From Amphiscolops sp. MND2022 (Eukaryota), in the NCBI GenBank assembly GCA_964187785.1, contig OZ076410.1, positions 15,066,001 through 15,130,000 on the forward strand: a stretch of DNA of 64,000 bases, in the 5' to 3' direction. Positions 1-10,700 of this stretch are shown here, piece by piece (position 1 is the stretch's first letter; each line of letters opens with the position of its first letter). The notes beneath the pieces were generated by a model. That model did no database searches, was not told where the DNA came from, and saw only the letters and a program-made list of their open reading frames with translations. A program made the translations under genes and the position numbers.

Positions 1-324
1 TGGAATGTTAAAAGAACGATATTGATTCAAAAAGGGCACATCTGGATAACTATTTATAAGTTCCTTGCTGACAGTATCAGGTTTGTTTACAACAACGCGA
101 TATCGTTGAAGAGTCGGTGTAGGAATATAGCCTAGCGTGAATTCACCGTCGGTGACATTGTATACTCGGTTTGGGAACGAAATGTCTGTGAGTGCAACTT
201 CCCATTCACTGCCTCTGCCCAAATTGATTGGATTTGACATAAAGTTTGAAAAAAATGCCAGAGTATTATTTGGATAAATGTCCAAACTTGCATTAGACAA
301 TAGATCAATATAAAAGGAAGTCAT
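1..324 (-). CDS. Polinton minor capsid (penton) protein, N-terminal 108 codons, open at window edge
   Basis: Manual translation from ATG at 324: MTSFYIDLLSNASLDIYPNNTLAFFSNFMSNPINLGRGSEWEVALTDISFPNRVYNVTDG..., matching the FY-x-x-L-x-SN-x-S...P-x-NT...F...L...EWEVAL-x-x-I-x-FP motif typical of Polinton pentons; no stop before base 1. Confidence 0.85.
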   Translation of the reverse strand, partial: MTSFYIDLLSNASLDIYPNNTLAFFSNFMSNPINLGRGSEWEVALTDISFPNRVYNVTDGEFTLGYIPTPTLQRYRVVVNKPDTVSKELINSYPDVPFLNQYRSFNIP

Positions 325-381
325 CTTTAGGGAACTGGATAGGAAACACAGAATTTGATTGAATGAGAGTCACTCACTCAT

Positions 382-825
382 TCATTCATCTTCACTGCTG
401 CTGCTGGAGCCAATCATCAGCTTTACCCTCTTTAGATTTTTCTTTTTTGGTTGGCGACAACATTTTTCGTCGTCGTCGACATCCGCCGATGCTATAGTTT
501 CTGCGTTGCTATCTGTATTATCGGATATCGACCAATAAGATCGTAAGGATTCTTCGTATTCTTGTGTTCCCAACTGATTCTCCGTAATGGGCACTAGCGT
601 GTTTTCCAAACGATTGAACTCTCTTCTCAATTCAAGACTCAAACAACCTGGATGTGTGCACTCCATTTCTTTCCAGTCATACGTTTCCAACAACATCAAA
701 TCAACAGAGTATTGGCGGGGCAGTTGTGGCGGACTAGGAGCTGTCAAGTCAAAAACACTTTGGTTGTCAGTGTCACTTTCTCCTTGCTCGTCGTCGTCGT
801 TGTCGTCGTCGTTCGATCTGAGCAT
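382..825 (-). CDS. Acidic low-complexity Maverick accessory ORF (147 aa), possibly the C-terminal part of a frameshifted gene
   Basis: ATG at 825 preceded by an A run; D/E/S-rich with basic PKKKNLKRVK patch; stop lies 57 nt upstream of the penton ATG. Confidence 0.5.
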   Translation of the reverse strand: MLRSNDDDNDDDEQGESDTDNQSVFDLTAPSPPQLPRQYSVDLMLLETYDWKEMECTHPGCLSLELRREFNRLENTLVPITENQLGTQEYEESLRSYWSISDNTDSNAETIASADVDDDEKCCRQPKKKNLKRVKLMIGSSSSSEDE

Positions 826-1025
826 TTTTTTGCAGTATCAACTGTAACTTGAGCACTAATTAAGTGTAATAAATGAACCGGTAGGAGAAAAGACTCAACA
901 ATTTTCCATTCATCATTTGTTGCTGAGTTTTTCACTTCCTTTATTAGGATTGCCGACGCTCCGAAATGTGTCTTGTAGGCAAATATACGTTCGACATCAT
1001 TACGTTGTGTGAATATGTAAATCAT
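744..1025 (-). CDS. Small Maverick accessory ORF (93 aa, MIYIFTQRND...)
   Basis: ATG at 1025 in frame with track ORF 744-1097; protein-like first ~65 aa, then reads a GAC repeat as poly-Thr where it overlaps the 382-825 ORF. Confidence 0.45.
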   Translation of the reverse strand: MIYIFTQRNDVERIFAYKTHFGASAILIKEVKNSATNDEWKIVESFLLPVHLLHLISAQVTVDTAKKCSDRTTTTTTTTSKEKVTLTTKVFLT

Positions 1026-1877
1026 TGTTTCCAACAACAACAAAATTATTCTGAAAACAATAATGTTAAAACTACTGCAAAAAAAAACAACAATCATTTT
1101 GTGTTAAGGAGATTCAGCAGTGACCAGTAGAATGGATGAGAGCTCCTTTCTTGAAGAAGCGTGTTTTTATTTGATGGGAAAAAGTTTATAAAAATTATAC
1201 ATTCTAATGCAAAAATTTTTGCAGTGTGGAAAAAGGGCAGAATTTGCTATGTTACGTTGATCATTGTGAATCTTGTATAGTTGTCGGGTGGTAAACAAGA
1301 GCTACTCTAACTGCTATTCTCAGTCAATAAAGATGAAAACAAAAAAAGAGTTTTGAAAAAAAAATGCAGAACAAAATATTGAGTGAACCCTAGACATGGG
1401 CACATCAAATTCGTCTAATTTTTCGTCCCGAATCTAAATTTCGCATCAAAACGGCATTTCTCGTAAAATTGGAGTTTTTAAAAATTTTTGCCCCATGAGG
1501 GGATTTTTTCCCTTTCGGAAAATAATTTTACAAGAAGGTTTTTTTTCGTCTTTCCAATGATATTTATGACGATGGGTGTTCATGATAGTCATTGACAAGT
1601 GAAATTTCGAGTTTTAAAATTGAAAAAAAATGACTGAAACTAAGTTTTTCCGTGAGTCAAGACCATGCATTCATGTTTAAATTTTAATTCCAACCAGAAT
1701 ATGTCAATGAAAGCGCATTTCAGAATTTTTCATTTTTCTCCATGATAAGGGGTTGTTGACGTTCCAGTTTTAACGTTAAACAAAGTAGTAATTGATTATG
1801 TACAAAACTAGATTCAAATCCAAAAAGTGAGTCTTGAAGAATGTTACTGTTAAATGAAGAAAACTACAACTTAGCTA

Positions 1878-2219
1878 TTAGTTGTTTTTGGGAGACGCCA
1901 ATTGGAGAACATCGAGCAAAGTTCGTTCCAAAAACTGCCTAGTGTAGTGAAATTGGTCAGTCATGTCGACACCTCTGGTACGCATCTTGTGCACGTTCAA
2001 AGATTTGCACTTTTCGAGCTGTTTCTGCAAAATTTTATCGACCCTTTTTTGTTCGAATTGGGAAGAAGTTGATTACGTCTCGCCAGACCAATCACTAGTT
2101 TGACACCTTTCGTTTTGCAAACTCTGTTCCATAGCATTAGTTTTTCCGTAAGGTCTTTAGGTGACAGTGTCGAAACACTATTGTTCCCTTAAACACATTG
2201 TTTCCCAATCAACTATCAT
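1878..2219 (-). pseudogene. Maverick accessory ORF (113 codons) with one in-frame stop
   Basis: AAAAAATG at 2219; MIVDWENNVFKG...SGET*STSSQFEQKRVDKILQKQLEKCK...LASPKNN*; internal TAA at 2073-2075, same frame on both sides. Confidence 0.5.
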
Positions 2220-2264
2220 TTTTTATCGCAAGAAAAAAACTCAATTTTGTTGCTACGGGACAAC

Positions 2265-2286
2265 AGGGTTAGGGTTAGGGTTAGGG
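2265..2286 (+). repeat. Short (TTAGGG)3 telomere-like tract
   Basis: AGGG TTAGGG TTAGGG TTAGGG seen directly. Confidence 0.9.
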
Positions 2287-2484
2287 GCGAAAAAAAGACA
2301 AAAGAGTACAACTAACTTGGTGGCGTTGTGAGCGAATTGTAGAGAATGTCGGGAAAGATAAAGACGAACTGACATCCTGGTCGAGAAAGGGCTCGGAACA
2401 ACAAGGAGTCAAGTGTAGGTTTTGAAAAGTTTTGTTTAGAAGAGGAGGAGGAGGAGGAGGAGGAGGAGGAGGAGGAGTATTCAT
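2281..2484 (-). CDS. Small proline-rich Maverick accessory ORF (MNT + 11 Pro)
   Basis: ATG at 2484, (CCT)n microsatellite encodes poly-Pro; 3' end uncertain (possible GTTAGT...TAG intron). Confidence 0.3.
   Translation of the reverse strand: MNTPPPPPPPPPPPLLNKTFQNLHLTPCCSEPFLDQDVSSSLSFPTFSTIRSQRHQVSCTLLSFFRP
2443..2477 (+). repeat. (AGG)n microsatellite
   Basis: About 11-12 perfect AGG units. Confidence 0.95.
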
Positions 2485-2703
2485 GACGACCGCCACTTTC
2501 GACGAGAATTTGGATATGTTTTTAATGAAATGAATCCTTAATGATTCTACAAAGATTTGAAGCACCAATAACAATCGCGTGCTTTTTTCCAAAAAACCTG
2601 AAAACAGATGATGTGTTATTTCAGAGTCAGAGCACAATAGTTTTGGTACTAGAACAAAACGTGCAAGCACAGACAGAAACAAAAAAACATGCAGATACTT
2701 AAA

Positions 2704-3133
2704 TTAAAAAACATTATTACTACAATAGACATCGTATGATTTATTTACAAGTTTTTTGAGGGCCTGGAGGATACCCGCATCAAGGGTACCCTTCCTCCAG
2801 GCCCTCAAGCACGCGTACACCAGCCCGTGCTGGTGTTTACGTATTTGCCAAAAGGCAAACACATCCAGCACGGGCTCTGTGTCGACCCCGTCAATGTAGG
2901 CTTGGATTCCCTGCAGCAATAAAAAGTGAATTGGTTTTCGTTTCTGAAAGTTGCTTCAGAGAAGTTTTGCAATTAAAATTGTAAAAGATTAAACCTACCT
3001 CCTCTCCGCACATCATTTGCAATACGTCCCAGGTGTCCTGGGAAACCTCAACGAGGCAAGAAGAACGATCTTTATTGTTTGTTACACCCCAACTAAAATG
3101 ATCGATCTTATCAAGATCATACCAAGTGAGCAT
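2704..3133 (-). CDS. Spliced Maverick accessory gene, ~113 aa: exon 3133-2999, 88-nt intron 2998-2911, exon 2910-2704
   Basis: Donor GAG|GTAGGT and acceptor TTTTTATTGCTGCAG|GGA join two track ORFs in phase 0 (...LQMMCGEE|GIQAYIDG...); AT-rich intron between more GC-rich exons. Confidence 0.65.
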
Positions 3134-3154
3134 TTTTTCTATTAGCAGAGGGTA

Positions 3155-3352
3155 TTAGCAGAAGGTAGTAGCAGAGGTAATTTTTGAGCACAGAATGAAT
3201 TTTTTGAGCTCGGTAGGCTCAACCCCTTTTTCGAGACTCCAAGCACCTCCTTCGTTTTTTTCCAGTTTCACTTTTATCTGGGAAACATCAAAGATTTCAA
3301 CCCAGACACAATTTCCATATCTAATCATTTGGAAACTCGGATAAATAACCAT
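3155..3352 (-). CDS. Small Maverick accessory ORF (65 aa, MVIYPSFQ...)
   Basis: AAAATG start; stop only 21 nt before the next ATG (3133). Confidence 0.45.
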   Translation of the reverse strand: MVIYPSFQMIRYGNCVWVEIFDVSQIKVKLEKNEGGAWSLEKGVEPTELKKFILCSKITSATTFC

Positions 3353-3719
3353 TTTCACTTTTTAGGGCTCATAAGACCCGAATCAAAGGCTCCGCTATCT
3401 TTTGAACCAGTTTTCAAAGTGTTGCAGGGTCCACCTTTGTTCCTTTGAAATTCGGAACCCACCAAATTTGAGTTTCCAAGTGATGAATCAAAGAAAAGAC
3501 CGACACTCTGTTAATTGGCATTGTTTTTTTTAGTTATAATTAACAAAAAAAATGTTGCCTTCACAATTCCAAAACAAATTAAAAGGCATTTTGATTGCTT
3601 TTTTTCCAAAAATTTAGCATTTTTTCCCGACATTTTCATGTTTTTTTCAGACATTTTAGGTCATTTTGTCTCTTTACAGAATGTGAAAATTCGGTGTAAA
3701 AAGAAGCTGGGATGATTTC

Positions 3720-4178
3720 CATAAGCTTGTTGGAATAGTTAATGACTGTTTCCATTACGCAAATGAAGGCAATATCAGGGAAATTTGTTCCACAGCAATC
3801 ACACTTCTAAAGAAAGGTAATATAATCTAAGAGCACATTCTTTTCAAAGTTGCTAGATTAAAAGAATTTTTATTGATTCCATTTCCTTTCATCCCATCTG
3901 CGTTCCATTTCCATTCCTAACAAACCACTCCTTCCATTTTTATTACTTTCCAGCACGCCAAGGTAAGGAACTTTCCTTTCATTGCCTGAAATACGAACAA
4001 AAATTTATCGGGCCTGTATTTTGTTTTCGGATTTTGTTCGGCTCTCGGTGAGTATTTTCATATTCGGATACGTCATGTTCGTATCGCAAATATTACGTAA
4101 CGTTTCAGAAAGTTTTGTTGTCCATATTTGGTTACTCACTCAACCCCCCCACCTATAATGCCACGTACATCTACTACT
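3720..4178. repeat. Putative Maverick terminal inverted repeat region (inner boundary unknown)
   Basis: ORF-free segment with pyrimidine-rich TTCCATTTCC-like motifs, C7 run, ending in CTACTACT; partner TIR outside the window. Confidence 0.55.
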
Positions 4179-4964
4179 TAGGCTAGTCTGCTCAATTTAC
4201 ACACTTCTAAGCATCTTGCTAAAAGTTAGCCACAGATTATCGCGTATGGAATGTTTAAAGTTTTTTTTTCATCTTATGGCTCGAGAAAACCTTTCTCTCA
4301 GTTGTTTTTTCTCACCACTTTGTAGCCAAGCCATCAATTCAGCTAAAAAGCTCAAGATTCAGCAGGATAGATCTACCTTTTGACAAGTTCTGCTGTCATA
4401 CATTGTTTTATATTTTCCAATTTGCTTCAATTGCGTTTCATGGTAGATGGGTTGTTTAGGTCATATCGATAATGCAAGTCTTTTTGTTGGTTCTTGGAGA
4501 GCACGAGAAGTCAAAATTTTTAGTTTCTCTGATTTTTAGTTTCCTCATTTTTTAAAAAAAATTTAGCTTCCTCAGTTTCTGGCACATTATAGCAAAACTT
4601 TGATTGACCTACCATGAGAATAGTCTTGTGCTTTGGTTTCAATATTTAAAAATTCGTGTTAACCGTGACAGCTCAAAGAAGTTATTCTCGAATTTTGGCA
4701 TTTTTGTAGTTTTGTAAATTTATGGAACGAATCGTTGAAATAGCTTGAAACTGCAACGAAAGATTCGTAATCACAAGCAAAAGTTTTTTGATATTGTGGA
4801 GACAAACTGATTATGAGTTTCAGAATGTGGGTATTGTATTTATTGGTTGAAAGATTTTTGTGAAAAGTGAAGCAAAATCTGAAAGTCTGACGCAAATTTT
4901 TCTCATCAAACCAGTTTCCCCAAGCTTTAGAGGAGTTAACTATAAAATTCGGCCTTTTTAGGGC

Positions 4965-5867
4965 TCACAACATGTCGCACATAACTGAAGCCCAGCTATA
5001 CATGTTAACATCAGTCAAAGTGGGAAAGCCGAAAAAGCCGCTGACGACGTTATTCTCGTTATTTCCCCAATTGTCCGGTTGTCCAGATCCCCAAAGAAGT
5101 CGTTCCGGTCCGATTACTTCTCCTTCGACAGTTTTCCAAACTTCGGCACTGTCCCTTACTATTCCCAGCCAATGGATCTTGTTTACGAGTCGGTCTCGAA
5201 AGAATTGCAGTTGGTCCATGCTTCCGTCAAGATTCGAGAAGAGATCTCCTCCGAGGTTGATGCAATAATCTCTAGCTTCATTGAACTGCATGACATCATC
5301 AGTGAACCTCACCCACGTTTCTTGTCTTACGGGGGTTCCCGGGATCGCGATGCCTCCATGAGCGACGTCTTTTACCATGTAAAACTCATCTACATGTCTC
5401 CATTCTCCAGGAATGTCGACTATAATGGGATCAGCCCAACGCCATTCCATATCTACACGTTTGTTATTCAAACGGCACACTCCTGAAGGAGCGTCGTCCA
5501 TGGTAGTAGCAAAAACCCCGTGCTCTGAGCACACAGGGACTGATGCTTTCCGCATTCCCACATACTTACAGTTCGGTGCAACTGTTAGCAAAGTTGTTGC
5601 TTGGTAGCTCGAATAGATATCATGAACATTCAACTCACACGTGTCAGCTCCACAGAAGTTGAAAGATCGACACCACTCGTTCTTGTTACAAGCCAAAGCA
5701 CATTTGGTCTCAGAAACGACCACTAAAGATTCCAACAATTCAGCAACAAGTTTTTGCCCTGCGAAAACGTCTTCAAACCCCATTGAATTGACACTTTTGG
5801 GCAATGTTGAGGTAGCATCAACAGTTAAAGCGATTGAGGCACAGCAGAGGATTACGATTGCATACAT
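4965..5867 (-). CDS. Secreted PAN/apple-domain + C-type lectin protein, 300 aa, intronless
   Basis: Hydrophobic signal peptide; PAN pattern C-A-L-A-C...C-R-S-F-N-F-C...C-E-L-N; CTL features F-x-E-A-R-D-Y-C, WLGI, W-x-x-G-QPD-N, terminal Cys. Confidence 0.85.
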   Translation of the reverse strand: MYAIVILCCASIALTVDATSTLPKSVNSMGFEDVFAGQKLVAELLESLVVVSETKCALACNKNEWCRSFNFCGADTCELNVHDIYSSYQATTLLTVAPNCKYVGMRKASVPVCSEHGVFATTMDDAPSGVCRLNNKRVDMEWRWADPIIVDIPGEWRHVDEFYMVKDVAHGGIAIPGTPVRQETWVRFTDDVMQFNEARDYCINLGGDLFSNLDGSMDQLQFFRDRLVNKIHWLGIVRDSAEVWKTVEGEVIGPERLLWGSGQPDNWGNNENNVVSGFFGFPTLTDVNMYSWASVMCDML

Positions 5868-6743
5868 TTCCGCACCTCAATGCGTTTCAGCACGTCTACA
5901 TTTGGGGAATCAACTTGGCTGCATTCAAGCTTTTTTTCAAGTGAACTGGCTTTAGAAATTTTCAACTTAATTATGTTTACCGTCCCATCCTTTTGCTGTT
6001 TCATTAAAGCGGAGTCAATTGAAATACTTGAAAACAATGTAGTCGCAAACTATTGTAAAAATGACGGCACTTGGAAGCTTCCATTATTGTCCATTCTGCC
6101 AATGTTGTATTATTTTTCATGTCTTTACAGAAACCTCGGAAAGGTGGAAAAAACATGAACAAAAACATGAACAAGAAGTATTTGTTCCTGCATTGAATGA
6201 TTCAAGGTCCTTGGGAAATCTTGTGGAAGGAACCATGAAATAATCATTTTTTTTCGAAACTGACAGTTGCGTTCAATTTGTGAATGACTTGAGAAAAAAG
6301 TCAAGTTTTCCCTTTCAATGAAACTCAATACATAGCCCTTCAATGCAATGAAAAGTTGACATGTATGAAAATTCGAGATGAGGTTGGTATCCCTAGTTGA
6401 AAGTATTTTTGAGAGCAACTTAGTGAAGTTTTCATGCTCAAAATTTTCATGGTGCGTCATTAATTTTTCAGATTATTCGTCATTATTTATTAAGATTTCT
6501 CTACAATTTGGCGGGTTTTCAGAGCATCATCAAGGAAATTAAAACCAAATTACTCGTGAAATTTTGTAGGTTTTCGTGGGCAAAACTTCTAATTCTGTAA
6601 GCACAGACGCTATAATGAGACGTAAACAAATAGTCTACGAGTACCAGTGTGGCAAACTAATTCGTACAACAGGAACTTTTTGGTGGATTTTTTTGCTTTC
6701 AAACTGTTGGAAAACACAATACATATAACTTTTTTGTTTGGAG

Positions 6744-7080
6744 GGGAGCATGGCGTAATGGTTAGAGCATTCGGCCTCTACTGGGACGGCATCAGGTTCG
6801 AATCTCTCTCAACTCACCATTGTTGGTCCTCCTTAAGCAAGTCCTTCATCCCTAGCATGGTGGAATGGTCAATGACAAAAAAAACGCATTTGGCGGAGAA
6901 AAGCAAAACAAAAGGAGCACCGGTGAGCAGTCAGACCTTTGTGACCTTGAGCAAGTCACATTGAAACCAGAGCTTCAAGTCCACCATTACTTGACCACTT
7001 GGCTGCAAATAGGGTACCATAGCTTGCTATAGGGAGATAGTATCCGAAAGGGCACCGACTTAGAAAAGCAGAACTGCTTA
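6744..7080 (+). mobile_element. tRNA-derived SINE with CORE-like body
   Basis: A box TGGCGTAATGG (6751), B box GGTTCGAATC (6795), core-like TCCTTAAGCAAGTCCTT and GTGACCTTGAGCAAGTCAC motifs. Confidence 0.7.
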
Positions 7081-9486
7081 TTTGGCGTCCACACTGCGGT
7101 AATGGGGAAATTAACTTCTCAAACGTTTTCATTTTGATGTTCTATACGGTATTATTAGGGAACTACGTTGAGACCGGAATATCAAAATCAGCTGTTTTGA
7201 CTGGTTGAAACTTCAAACTTTTTCAGCAGCGAACTCCGGTAAAAAATCTGAAATACTAAAAAATGATTAATAAATGCTTTTTGAGCAGTTTTCTTCGAAT
7301 TGTTTGCAAATCATCAAAGTTTTGTGATTTTTGGTGATCAAAATCGTCGAAATATTATTTTAGGAAAATTCGAAAAGTTAAATTTTTGAATTTGTTCATC
7401 TTCAATTAATTTTTTCGGTTGAAATGAATTTCGATAAAGTACAGTAGTATTTGAAATGAACTGGAAGCGTTTGAAAAAGGTTTCTACGTTCTTTGATTGT
7501 TTAAGATCCACGGTGCACACGTTTTCCGACTTCTTTTTTTCCAAAGAAACTCTGTGAACTGCTTGGAAGTTTTTTTTATGCATGGAAGTGCCTGGATACG
7601 CATTTCAGAAACTGCTTGGAAGTTCTGCAATTATTTTCCGAGCAGGGTTCCTGAATTTTTTGTTTTATAAAAAACTAGCATGCATGCATAAATGCAGCAT
7701 GAAAAACTAGCCGGCAGATTCGATAAGGGGTACATACGCCTGACCTGTTTTTGATCAATGTTTAGTATTCCAGTTTCTCAGGTCACCTTGATGGTTCGAG
7801 TGGAATTAAGTACTTTTCGACACCACTAGAGTCCTCAAGCAGCTATATAGGTACGTTGTTTGGTATCAAAAAGGGATGACCCTGAACCTTTGACCACATA
7901 TGATTTCTTGACTGACATTGCGACGTCTTATCGATGGAGTTGCAAAAAATACATCAAACTTTCGAAAGTTCCGTACTTTGAAAAGTCAAGTTACTACTGC
8001 ACAGTCTTCGGACGTTTCGAAAGATTTTACGATGCTGAGAATCCAGCTGGGCTTCCCACACACTGCCATAGAATCAACCTTTCGTTATCTACATCGTTGT
8101 TTTGGGAGTCTCCTGAGCTCTCCCTAATGCAACCAACTCGATTACTAAGATTTGAGTTTTTATGAGACAATCTTCCTACTATTTTCCTACTATTTTATAC
8201 TTCGGAGCTCCTGTGTAGCACAATAGCCCTAGCACAGTCCAGTTCATTTGTAACTTGACTAGTGATTTCACAATTGATCTTTCTAGAAGTCTCAACAGAA
8301 ATTTTACTACTTTCTTCACTAGTTGTAATTAGTAAAGATCTAAAATCCTCATTAATCGGATTAACATTGTGCTGTAGCCCATTGGACTCAAAATCCGCAT
8401 CTATTTTTTTCATCCTGATGAATTTCTAGCTCATTTCTAGGGTAACTTCCTATCATTATATCCTAAGTTTCTCAATCGGACATCACGTCTGATTGCCTAG
8501 AACGCTTTTTCCTTTGCTGTTTTTTCAGTAGAAGGCATTCGAAGAGTTCTCTGCTGTCTGAATATTATATTGTGGAACCAAGTTTTAGTTGACAAATGAT
8601 TAATTTTTCAGTGAACTGAGGCAAGATATTGGCACAAGAATAATATCAATACTATTCAGAGTCGGTAGGTTGATAGTAGCGATGCATTTCAAATTATGAT
8701 CCCTTGTATTACTAGTATTCAATATAGAAACCCAATCACACATGACACGCAAGTTTTGAACTAGTGTCATCGAACTAATATATCTACTACTGCATTACGT
8801 CATCTTTGCATCACGCTAAATTTGGGTTGAAAGTAGCATAACAGCACTTCAAAGTGATAAATATGGAAGTGGGGGTAAAGGCCTTGTAAGTCACTGTATT
8901 GATTACTGAATGCGTGTGGCAACGTGCGCTATGTGTGACAGACTGTAGCTATTTTCTAAGTAGCTACATAAAACTAGCAACGTGATTGGCTGATAGTTTT
9001 GAAGGAACACGCGTCTGTTTTGCTAGAGCGTGACCTTACTCGAACGCGTTCATATAAAGCTATCAGCGTGTTACTATATTGCTAATAATTGACGCCACGT
9101 ACTCACATCGAAGATACAACAGTGATTTATACTCAACGGCGAATAAAGTTATGATAAATAAAATTAGTACACAAATGCACAATAATTCATGGTAAGAAGG
9201 TTTATTGTTTTATTACTGTAGCCGGTGGACCTTTGGTCTATTTTTTCAGAATGGGAGTATTCCTGTCGGCAGTCTCGTATTTTCCGGGGCTATTAATGTT
9301 TCCTTCAAAAAAGCTGCCAAATTATCCTACCCCGCCCCCAAAAAGCTGTTTCTAGTCGGCGCTTTTATTAATGTAAGAGCCCGACTATTACAGTCACTAT
9401 TTTTTTTTACGACAGACTCGAAGCGACCTAAATTTTCAGTTCGTTCAACTAAACGAATCTCTGGAAAACGCATCGAAGTTATCGCA

Positions 9487-9574
9487 GGGGGTCCCCCTTT
9501 CATTTACTCCTGTAACTGTTAGCAAAACTGAGTAACTGTTAGCAAAACTGAGTAACTATGGATTCAGAGGCCCT
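9487..9574. repeat. Terminus of a non-autonomous DNA-transposon-like repeat with a 20-bp subterminal tandem
   Basis: GTAACTGTTAGCAAAACTGA x2 + GTAACT (9512-9557), GGGGGTCCCCC motif, ends GGATTCAGAGGCCCT; no matching left end found. Confidence 0.4.
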
Positions 9575-9579
9575 ATATA

Positions 9580-10700
9580 CAATATAATGGTTGACTATCT
9601 TTCAAACAGATCACAATATGTATATGCGAACGGGAATCGGAGTGATAATGCCAAAATTACAACTGGAGTACCACAAAGGTCAGTTCTAGGTCCCTTCTTG
9701 TTTCTCGTATATATCAACGATTTGCCCCAGATCCTTGGAAACGATAACAAGATGGCACTTTTCGCGGATGACACAACCATAATCAAGTCTGGAAAAACGA
9801 ATTGTAACATGCAAAACGACTTAGATAAAATTTGTGATTGGTTCAATTATAACAAAATGTAACTGAACACCTCGAAATGTGAAACCATGTCATTTGGTAA
9901 CAACTATCAAAATACGCTCACAGTTCAAAACGAAGCCATGCCACGAAACACATGCTGTAAGTATTTGGGTGTGTTGATTGACTCGAAGTTGACTTACAGA
10001 GATCATATTATTTACGTTGTAAAGAAGCTCAATAAATTTTGCGGCCTGATATATAGAGTTCGGGATATCTATCCAATAAAATGTCTATTGTTGTTTTATA
10101 ATGCGTATGCTAAGTCTGTAATTTGCTATGGACTATTGGTTTATGGGAGAGCGGCGAAAACGAACCTTACCAAAATTGAAATGGCACAGAGGAGAATTAT
10201 CAGAGCTATTTTATTCAAAAAGAAGTTTGACAGCTTGCAAAACATTCTGCACCAAACCACTTTAAATACAGTTTTTGAATTGTTCATTCAGGATGTATTT
10301 CGAGAAATCTTTAATCAACTGAGATCTAATGGTACATCGAAACTTTCGAAACTCATTGCTGAATGGAAACAACGAAAAACGCGAGGATCGATAAAAGGCC
10401 TCTTACCAATACCCTACAGCCGAACGAAAAGTAAATCGAAGTCAGTTGAGCATACACTCATCAAAGGCTACAACTGGTTATTGCAAACGGATTTAATGCC
10501 CGGTAATATCGAAACCATGACCCAAACGCAAATCAAAACGTACCTGAAAAATCTAAATAGGCTATATATTACAGATAGTAGTGAACTTTTTGCTTTGTTT
10601 TTCCAATGGTAAGGTCAGTCGCTGAAATTGAATCACAGCCGAAAAATTTATTATTCACATCAGTTGATCAATAAAGGATAAAAGCTTTATTGTGTGAGAT
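9580..10700 (+). mobile_element. 5'-truncated CR1/L2-type LINE (RT C-terminal half), one nonsense codon
   Basis: GVPQRSVLGPFLFLVYINDL and LFADDT RT motifs; TAA at 9860-9862 in frame with continuing KYLGVLIDSKL; ORF ends at 10612. Confidence 0.9.

Larger units (their letters stand above)
1..4178 (-). mobile_element. Maverick/Polinton (adintovirus-like) element, one arm; the rest lies left of the window
   Basis: Penton-like ORF at 1-324; compact co-oriented small ORFs with A-rich start contexts; terminus reads 5'-AGTAGTAGATGTACGTGG...GGGGGGG on the minus strand (plus CTACTACT 4171-4178), matching the AGT-repeat ends known for Polintons. Confidence 0.8.

Noticed and set aside
1387-1760. Possible piggyBac-like MITE inside the Maverick
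   Set aside because: Only weak AACCC...GGGTT end similarity and no TTAA or other TSD
2630-2650. LxCxE Rb-binding motif in Maverick accessory ORFs
   Set aside because: Only LLCSD and MMCGE variants are present, and the LLCSD frame lacks a real ATG
6744-6820. Functional tRNA gene
   Set aside because: A and B boxes are present but there is no convincing acceptor stem or cloverleaf, and it continues into a SINE body
7700-8600. Decayed LINE ORF1-like frames on the minus strand
   Set aside because: No diagnostic motif and too fragmented to support
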